Shown here one piece after another: positions 57,901-64,000 of a stretch of 64,000 nt of DNA. A program made the position numbers and the translations under genes. The notes beneath the pieces were generated by a model, which saw only the letters and a program-made list of their open reading frames with translations, did no database searches and was not told the origin of the DNA. The number at the start of each line of letters is the position of its first letter. Position 1 is the stretch's first letter. This DNA is from Candidatus Poseidoniaceae archaeon (GTDB lineage: Archaea; Thermoplasmatota; Poseidoniia; Poseidoniales; Poseidoniaceae): positions 69,693 through 133,692 of the forward strand of contig CBFIJH010000003.1 in NCBI GenBank assembly GCA_965662895.1, in the 5' to 3' direction.

Positions 57901-59849
57901 GCCAAACCGTCCAATTCCAGATACTCGACCCGGTTCTCCTCCCTTCGGATGTGCACGTCATGTTGTGGAGAGAATGGGCAGACGATGTTGATTTGAACGG
58001 ATGGCCGAGTCCTGACGAATACAAGCAACGCTCACTCATCATTCCTACCGACTTGACGCTTTCAACAGGGCTCTACACGCTCCTTTTTGATGACTCGATG
58101 GGGGCTCTTGGACAAAAAGTTGCAGGATATTTGGTTGGAACGGATGCATCGGGTCAAGTTCTCGAAGATGGAGGTAGTGGGTTGGAAGGGGAGCATTTGT
58201 TCATGTATCAGATTGGACCGGACGGACCTCCTTCCCTATCCGCCACAGCGATGTCGTGGGATGATGGTGCAAACCCGTGGTTGCATCCAGGTCAACCGTA
58301 CACGTTGCGTGTTGATATGAGTGAACCCAACGGTGCTTCGGATTTAACAACGGTTGAAATCCAACTCGCATCGAACATTCTCACTTCTCCATTGTCCTAC
58401 ACGTGGGACTTCCGAACAGATAGTTGTACGTCCAACAGCATACATCTGATTATTCACGATTGCAACATGCTCGCTTTGGATGGTACAACAGCAGGCCCAT
58501 ACGAGAAGGATACCTCCCTCATCACTGAACTCGAGTTGGCATGGACTACGCCCGATCTTGGCGATACATTCCGCGAACCAAGTGTGAAAATCATCGATCG
58601 AGCAGGACAAGAAGTCCTCCAAACATTCCCTGCGTTACGATGGCGATTTTCGCCAAGTCTCATGATCCCTCGAGATTGGGTCTCGTTGGAGTTAACCCAA
58701 GGTACTGTTCTCGATGACGGTGCAAGAATTCCGCCAAATTCCCAGTTTGAGTTAACGGGAGGTTTGGTCTTTGAGGCAACAGAATCCATACCAGCGTTCA
58801 ATTGCAGTGTTGATGTTGTCTTCGCAGGACAGACCTTCACTGCGGAAACGTACAATGGAATATGGAATGTCGAACTGGAATCACCTCCAACTTCTGGAAC
58901 AATTCCTTTGACCTGGTCGGTCGGATGTTTACCTCCACAAGGTATCGATGCTACCGAAAAAGAGTCCTCAGTGAAGTGGATGGTTGTCGATGGACTTGGT
59001 CCAGAACCAAAAGAAGTACAAACGCCTCGTCCAGGTTCAATTCTTTCAGCGGAAGAGCATGAAGTTACAATCGTTCTTTCAGAAGAAGGCGGGATCGATT
59101 TCGAATCTCTCCGCCTTGCTTGGTGGGTCGAGGATTCTGTAACAGGTGAATTCATCCGAGGTGGCGATAGCCCGTTCCTCTTGGAAGGAACTGAGATCAG
59201 TGGGTTAAGTTTGGTCGGAACCGGCGTCATGGACTTGAGTGTCATAACCGATGACATGCTCATTGATCGATTCACTGTTTCCGTTCTCGTCGAGGGTCGG
59301 GACCTGGCAGGGAATATGGTCCTTGGAGGTGAGGGGCAATCGGCAGGAAACGAAATCACATCATGGCTCATGGAATGGCGACAACCAAAATTTGAATTGG
59401 ATACACCGGCAATGGACTATTCTCGGTTGAATCTCCAAACAGGAGAATCAACGGCAGTTCAGATCTTTGTCAAGAACGTTGGAACACTCGATGGAACAAC
59501 AGATGCAACGATTTCCGTCGTCCGAGCAGATGGCACCTCCGAGGTTCTACGACAAACCGAAGTTGAGGTTGCAGAAGGTGGACTTGGAACCATTCTAATT
59601 GACTGGGCACCAGAACAACAAGGCCTGCAATGGATTGAAGTTGTTCTTGAAAATGGTGCAACCGCAAACGGTCCATCGGTTGATGTTCGTCCAAAGGCTG
59701 AACCATCATTCAGCGAGGCTGTCTTTGGCAACGTCAATCCGATATTGGGTTCAATCGGCGCACTTCTCGGCCTTTCCATCATTCTGGCATTGTTGCTCAT
59801 GGCTCGGAATGCGACAGTTCGCCGAGGCTCCAAGTCAGAATACGAATAG
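54993..59849 (+). CDS. Very large membrane-anchored surface protein with a Reelin-like domain; frame stays open past a TAG to 60080
   Basis: Signal-like N-terminus, beta-rich ectodomain, CARDB-like domain and TM near the end; in-frame continuation 59850-60080 encodes an acidic and Trp-rich tail. Confidence 0.8.
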   Translation: MAGSSNGRGIALFVLFLFVASPYTTLVPSAPASILGESIPVRFVSQGTPVTVDIRPGQTSQSPFELDLPSGSGAITALDLNVQSATMENSQSLLWEGDAAWNHPDAVKNNTFSQSGILTRDGSAPDYDFNNGLQGWTVSSATYVGRYTNNSCGYNGTSGGSIKTQASSTPEHATSPATNLAGRSNIPFHAWVHEGRSGCGETPDSGENLHLKYKTAGGQWTTFHTFQGGGSQTSNFQYSTVLPAAALHSSSQFRIEQTRGTGTCCDYWFVDDVKVVIPPLTSWTSPTFGYNVSNSFSLAEGPYGPMYINANLPIGSSLHWTLIDAQTGDNISGFESIEGTRVHLDAVDWEHYGSLRVQLMFEGLDSASMPSVESISAGGLVYDTFSTDPVERGWMLNNSSYVSNSISSVANGTVYSPWYRSNSPIAGYQIAAILQEFEAFVRHTESDSWTSVSLPYSGTLSPNEHAFQVKFVHNSTTNASLEEIQVTISSGQRVYSPTLDLDGDQILEWGQPDIRIGSWGFQDRFSHGEKSHDVSFGLSGLATASAWIPASNLEGFAASVSTDGGNMTGLSIRVAGSTILSRSIDNTTVYRLELNSSERETLAAELSTQNALLNNMGQGFALVELEVYGNGVATFTNLAAPYATSMTVSANQQSPLVMAANSAYRAPGPSPSISFPFTGLSNGKLIVEVTNMDFSDDVATGTVTMENVSNPLTTSQRWLSFTTRFSVDSERTISLIRLDVQGQHNHGTWLIPASGGEALGQADSDLIELHPTHPFAIAEVSPSMNEITVKFRIEQGWDDEDWLTASMRLVLDNGVVSRPGQFLWYAVGDLPALENDLIIKSVKITGDHGLIPESTVYLAAGMDLNFSIDVGYQGVDGVDAFAEGDAEVQLWRGNTMVANTTSLDVDIWNVSDTAPFSFGDLTWTVRVVPLNGGDVVDESEYLRTFKIDPTAPAVIGSNVDWYDHRLASTSQTVQFQILDPVLLPSDVHVMLWREWADDVDLNGWPSPDEYKQRSLIIPTDLTLSTGLYTLLFDDSMGALGQKVAGYLVGTDASGQVLEDGGSGLEGEHLFMYQIGPDGPPSLSATAMSWDDGANPWLHPGQPYTLRVDMSEPNGASDLTTVEIQLASNILTSPLSYTWDFRTDSCTSNSIHLIIHDCNMLALDGTTAGPYEKDTSLITELELAWTTPDLGDTFREPSVKIIDRAGQEVLQTFPALRWRFSPSLMIPRDWVSLELTQGTVLDDGARIPPNSQFELTGGLVFEATESIPAFNCSVDVVFAGQTFTAETYNGIWNVELESPPTSGTIPLTWSVGCLPPQGIDATEKESSVKWMVVDGLGPEPKEVQTPRPGSILSAEEHEVTIVLSEEGGIDFESLRLAWWVEDSVTGEFIRGGDSPFLLEGTEISGLSLVGTGVMDLSVITDDMLIDRFTVSVLVEGRDLAGNMVLGGEGQSAGNEITSWLMEWRQPKFELDTPAMDYSRLNLQTGESTAVQIFVKNVGTLDGTTDATISVVRADGTSEVLRQTEVEVAEGGLGTILIDWAPEQQGLQWIEVVLENGATANGPSVDVRPKAEPSFSEAVFGNVNPILGSIGALLGLSIILALLLMARNATVRRGSKSEYE

Positions 59850-60118
59850 GACGAGTATTCCGATTATATTGATGAGGACGAGGAAGAAGACATTGACGAC
59901 GATGCCGATCTCAACCTGAGCGAACCGATTCAAGAATCCGAACCAGTTGCTGCAACAACCCAAACCGCTTCTGCAGATGGATGGACGCAAGGGTCTGACG
60001 GCGTTTGGTGGTGGCAAAACCAACAAGATGGGAGCTGGTGGTACAAAGATGCAAACGGTGAAATTGTTCAATACAAGTGATGCATCATTTCTATGAAACC
60101 CAACATAGTGGGACGGAC

Positions 60119-61858
60119 ATGAGCGAGCAAGATGCCAGCATCGTTGCTTTGCTGCAGTTCAATCCAACCGTTGGTGATATTGCTGGCAATGCGGAACGGC
60201 TTGAACATCTTATTCGCCTCGCAGCGGAGTCAGGTGCTGTCGCATGTGTGAGCACAGAACTTGCCATTTGTGGATACCCCCCTAGGGATTTGTTGATGCA
60301 ATCGCAGTTTGTTGAACTTGCACAACAAGCGGCGTTTGGGCTTGATGTTGGGATTCCATCGCTCATCGGAACACCAACCATTCCTGACCACGCTCGGGAA
60401 AAACCCGGGAATGGTGTTGCTTTCCTTGGCAATGAGGCGCCTGTAAAGATCGTTGCGAGAAAACAATTGCTTCCAACCTATGACATCTTCGATGAAGCAC
60501 GGTATTTCGATTCCGATGACAGACCAGGAATTGCTCGCACGCTCTCTGGCCAACTTGAACTGGGTGTGACGGTCTGCGAGGATGCTTGGCAAGTCGCTGG
60601 TGAAACACCGTCTGAATACGATGCTGACCCAATCGAACAATTGGCTGAATGGGGCCGACAAGGCGTGAATTTGGATGCGACGGTGAACCTATCAGCATCA
60701 CCTTATCATTCCAACAAAATACAGACTCGCTTGCACGTTGCTCGGACTGCAGCGAAAACACTCGGCCATCCATTCCTTCTTTCAAATCAAATTGGTGGGA
60801 ACGACGACCTTCTCTTTGATGGGCGTTCACTTGCAGCATGGCCATCGGGTGAAGTTGTTGTCGCCCCTTCATGGAAGGAAGGCATCCTCTTGGTTGATAT
60901 CCATCATTCAGAGGATGCACGATGGGTTCCGATTCAATCCTCGGATGATTCTGTCATTCATCTCGGCCCCGATGAAACTGGAGAGGATGCGCAAGATGTT
61001 CTCGAAGAATTAGCGGATGCCGTTGTGGTCGGCTTGCGAGACTATTGCCAAAAATCAGGCATTCAACGAATCGTCTTGGGCCTGAGTGGCGGTATTGATT
61101 CTGCTGTTGCTGCGTGCGTAGCCGCAGAAGCCGTCGGAGCCGAAAACGTTCTTGGTATTTCGATGCCATCTCGTTTCTCATCGCAGCATTCCATCGATGA
61201 TGCACGATATACGGCAGAATCGCTTGGAATGGAATTTGCATCAATCCCAATCGATGAACATCATTCGAGTCTTGAACACGCTCTTACGGAGATGCTTGAG
61301 CAAGGTGCAAACGTTGCCCAAGAAAACATTCAGGCGCGTTTGAGAGGAATCGTTGTCATGGCGCATGCCAATGCACAAGGCCGTATGGCGATTGCAACAG
61401 GAAACAAATCTGAGCTTGCGCAAGGATATTGTACGCTTTATGGCGATATGTCAGGAGGTTACACGCCCTTAGGCGACGTGTACAAAATGGAAGTCTATGG
61501 GCTGGCAGAAGTCTTCAACCGCCGAGCTGTTGCTTGTGGAAAACAACCACCCGTCAACGATTCAACAATGACGAAACCCCCTTCTGCGGAACTCGCACCG
61601 AATCAACGCGATGATGATACGCTTCCTCCATACGAAACGCTTGATCGTATCCTCAAACATCACATCGAACAGGGCCTTGGTGTCGAAGAAATTGTCGAAC
61701 AGGGGGTTGACCGTGCAATCGTTGTTGATGTCTTGGAACGCCTTGAAGCGAACGAACACAAGCGGTGGCAGATGGCTCCAGCTCCACGCGTCTCTTCGCG
61801 TGCCTTTGGGCAAGGATGGCGTCATCCGCTTGCGAGCAAACACGACTGGCGTCGATAA
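60119..61858 (+). CDS. nadE: Glutamine-dependent NAD+ synthetase
   Basis: Nitrilase domain (EL..CGYPP, K.LLP.Y, VCED) plus LSGGIDS, ENIQAR, TGNKSE, PPSAEL. Confidence 0.95.
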   Translation: MSEQDASIVALLQFNPTVGDIAGNAERLEHLIRLAAESGAVACVSTELAICGYPPRDLLMQSQFVELAQQAAFGLDVGIPSLIGTPTIPDHAREKPGNGVAFLGNEAPVKIVARKQLLPTYDIFDEARYFDSDDRPGIARTLSGQLELGVTVCEDAWQVAGETPSEYDADPIEQLAEWGRQGVNLDATVNLSASPYHSNKIQTRLHVARTAAKTLGHPFLLSNQIGGNDDLLFDGRSLAAWPSGEVVVAPSWKEGILLVDIHHSEDARWVPIQSSDDSVIHLGPDETGEDAQDVLEELADAVVVGLRDYCQKSGIQRIVLGLSGGIDSAVAACVAAEAVGAENVLGISMPSRFSSQHSIDDARYTAESLGMEFASIPIDEHHSSLEHALTEMLEQGANVAQENIQARLRGIVVMAHANAQGRMAIATGNKSELAQGYCTLYGDMSGGYTPLGDVYKMEVYGLAEVFNRRAVACGKQPPVNDSTMTKPPSAELAPNQRDDDTLPPYETLDRILKHHIEQGLGVEEIVEQGVDRAIVVDVLERLEANEHKRWQMAPAPRVSSRAFGQGWRHPLASKHDWRR

Positions 61859-61895
61859 TCGATGAACATAAGTGAGGCGTCAAGGAGGCTTCATC

Positions 61896-62738
61896 ATGAC
61901 GGAAAAGCATCTCAATATAGCAGGGTACAAATTTGTCGTACTCTCTGATCGAAATGCTTTGCGTCAACCGTTCAAACAACGATGCGATAATCTTGGACTA
62001 AGAGGAACCATTCTACTCAGTTATGAGGGAATCAACATCTTTGTTGCAGGTCCGGAAGACAACATCAATCAATTCCGTTCCTTCTTAGCAGAAGACGAGC
62101 GATTCGCAGATATTGATTTCAAAGAATCCTATTCCGAACACCAACCCTTCAACCGAATGAACGTTCGGCTGAAAAACGAAATCATATCCGTCGGAATGCC
62201 AGACTTTGATCGTACCGAACCTGAACAAGGCCGAATCCGTCCTGAAGAACTTCACGAGCGACTCAACAAGCACCAGGATATCGTACTCCTCGATACTCGA
62301 AATACATACGAAACACGTTTAGGAACCTTCCAGAATGCGATTGAATTGGACATTGATACATTCCGTTCGTTCCCTCAAGCAATTTCGAAACTCGATGAAT
62401 CGCTCAAAGACAAAGAAATCGTCATGTTTTGTACGGGTGGTGTTCGTTGCGAGAAGGCTAGCGTCATCATGAAGGATGCTGGATTTACCAACATCAAGCA
62501 ACTCGAAGGCGGTATTCTTGGGTATTTTGAGCAGGTTGGTGGCGACCATTGGGATGGTGAATGCTTCGTCTTTGACAAACGCGTTGCGCTTCTTCCAGAT
62601 TTATCCGAAACAGGAACAACCATCTGTTTTGCATGCCGTGAGCCTTTAACGCCAAAGGAACAATTGCATCCAGCTTACGTTCCAGGCGAGTCGTGCTCCT
62701 ATTGCATCGAACGACGTCAATCCCAAACCATCCATTGA
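61896..62738 (+). CDS. trhO: Rhodanese-domain tRNA uridine(34) hydroxylase TrhO/YceA family
   Basis: YKFV, GTILLS.EGIN, K.EI, DTRN.YE..LG.F, FCTGGVRCEK, LEGGIL.Y, CFVFDKR, C-terminal Cys cluster; GGAGG upstream. Confidence 0.85.
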   Translation: MTEKHLNIAGYKFVVLSDRNALRQPFKQRCDNLGLRGTILLSYEGINIFVAGPEDNINQFRSFLAEDERFADIDFKESYSEHQPFNRMNVRLKNEIISVGMPDFDRTEPEQGRIRPEELHERLNKHQDIVLLDTRNTYETRLGTFQNAIELDIDTFRSFPQAISKLDESLKDKEIVMFCTGGVRCEKASVIMKDAGFTNIKQLEGGILGYFEQVGGDHWDGECFVFDKRVALLPDLSETGTTICFACREPLTPKEQLHPAYVPGESCSYCIERRQSQTIH

Positions 62739-64000
62739 TCTCGGATGGGTTGTCGGAGGAATTGATGCAATTCATGACCGTGCTGACCATCGTCTGCAAC
62801 GAACAAAAGATGACTCGATGTAACGGTTAATTGCCCATAGGCTCCAGCACCTGAGTCGTTTCCTACTCCCGTCCAAACATCAAAGGCAAGTGAGGCGGTG
62901 TTTCCTTCAATCGCCCAGAGTGCATGGCCACTGTTGGTACCAGAGTCATCCAATCCTTGAGCAAGAATATAAACAACGGAATCGACATAGGCCATCGAAC
63001 GAGGTTGGCTTGTACTCACACCGGGCATCAAGTCAATCGTCAGCGTTGTACCAGACACAGTACCATCGGTTTGGCACACTTCCATACCAGTATGACCCAG
63101 TACACAGTCGAACCAAATGGTGGAACCATCACTGACAATTTCGATGCTGTGACCAGGTGCAAGGATTGTCGGACTGAGCTCTTGTAAGGTTCCCGTACTG
63201 AGTGAATAAGCAAACAATGTTGCATCAGCGTTTCGATGGACTGCATCAAAAATCACAACATCACCAAGTTGTTGAATGCCAAAAGCAGGAGCAATCACCG
63301 AAATTGGCGTGGTTGTGCCCTCTCTTGTCAACGATGTCAGCCACTGGAAATTTCCATCTCGATCGAGTTGTGCCAGTTGCCGTCCAGTACCATCACTGGC
63401 TGCAACAATGTATCCATTTTCAATGGCCAATCCTTGCGAAGGTGAAGAATCACCAAACGGCTGCAAATCGTACATGTAGAGGATTCCTTCAACACTCAGG
63501 AACATCATTTCAAGCCCGGTTTGTGTTTCTTTTCCAGCAAACCACAATCCGTATTCATCCCCTTCAAGCACACCCTCTCCCAACGAAGACAAGGTTGCAG
63601 ATTGGTTGACCAAATCAGAAGAAGCTGTACTCGAAAACCATGGTGCCTGCCAAATTGATGTGGTTACGCTACCATTGCTCCACCACATTCTGTATCCTTG
63701 TGAACCATGCGTAGTAAAGACAACCCCATTCATCCATGAAGTGATTTCAGATGACCAATCGATTGCATCACCTGATTCCATATCACCAAGCATCATGGTT
63801 CCTGATACAGTTCCATCACTAACCCACAACTCTCGCCCATTGACGCCATCATCAGCATCAAAGAAAAAGCGTACTCCACGTTCTGTATCGACTGCATGGA
63901 TACCAATCTCTCGACCTGGTACAGAATCTCCAGATGCGTGAATGTCCATCAAGAGCGAAGGTACGTTCTCTTCATCGAGCATCCAAAGCTCGCATCCTGT
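62717..64000 (-). CDS. ELWxxDGT-repeat protein (5' end beyond window)
   Basis: DDGVNGRELWVSDGT, G.EVC.TDGT, DDGQHGHEL repeats; frame open to window end (TGCELWM). Confidence 0.82.
   Translation of the reverse strand, partial: TGCELWMLDEENVPSLLMDIHASGDSVPGREIGIHAVDTERGVRFFFDADDGVNGRELWVSDGTVSGTMMLGDMESGDAIDWSSEITSWMNGVVFTTHGSQGYRMWWSNGSVTTSIWQAPWFSSTASSDLVNQSATLSSLGEGVLEGDEYGLWFAGKETQTGLEMMFLSVEGILYMYDLQPFGDSSPSQGLAIENGYIVAASDGTGRQLAQLDRDGNFQWLTSLTREGTTTPISVIAPAFGIQQLGDVVIFDAVHRNADATLFAYSLSTGTLQELSPTILAPGHSIEIVSDGSTIWFDCVLGHTGMEVCQTDGTVSGTTLTIDLMPGVSTSQPRSMAYVDSVVYILAQGLDDSGTNSGHALWAIEGNTASLAFDVWTGVGNDSGAGAYGQLTVTSSHLLFVADDGQHGHELHQFLRQPIRDQWMVWD

Noticed and set aside
58454-59371. 305-aa minus-strand ORF
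   Set aside because: Ser/Pro-rich antisense shadow of the giant surface protein
59847-59849. Genome-wide TAG reassignment or pyrrolysine
   Set aside because: Other genes appear to end normally at TAG (18408-18410, 40311-40313), only one internal TAG was seen, and there are no pyl genes in the window
1-64000. tRNA, rRNA, CRISPR array, transposase, integrase or prophage
   Set aside because: Intergenic gaps are nearly all under 100 bp with no cloverleaf or repeat-spacer pattern seen by eye, and no ORF has mobile-element motifs; a covariance-model scan was not run

Overview
Gene-dense archaeal chromosomal window. Its gene content points to Marine Group II Euryarchaeota / Ca. Poseidoniales (inference): archaeal TBP, NMD3, Csl4, SepF and METTL5-type genes sit alongside bacterial-type genes (SMUG1, NiSOD, TrhO, GIHH-type IleRS) and many large membrane-anchored surface proteins and peptidases. 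About 45 CDS tile the window. I saw no rRNA, tRNA, CRISPR array or mobile element. Main observations: (1) an exosome Csl4 subunit fused to two eukaryote-style RRM domains; (2) single-pass surface proteins whose cytoplasmic tails carry PPLP motifs, a shared GLPxGWTxEQWxxYG module, a Trp-rich module or a Zn ribbon, next to a rhomboid with its own Zn-binding tail; (3) a ccm cluster with a CcmA+membrane-domain fusion and a 52-aa CcmD-like ORF absent from the ORF track; (4) an in-frame TAG in a ~1.7k-aa surface protein that also has a Reelin-like domain; (5) IleRS with the non-canonical GIHH motif. All family calls come from motif recognition by eye; no database searches were run.
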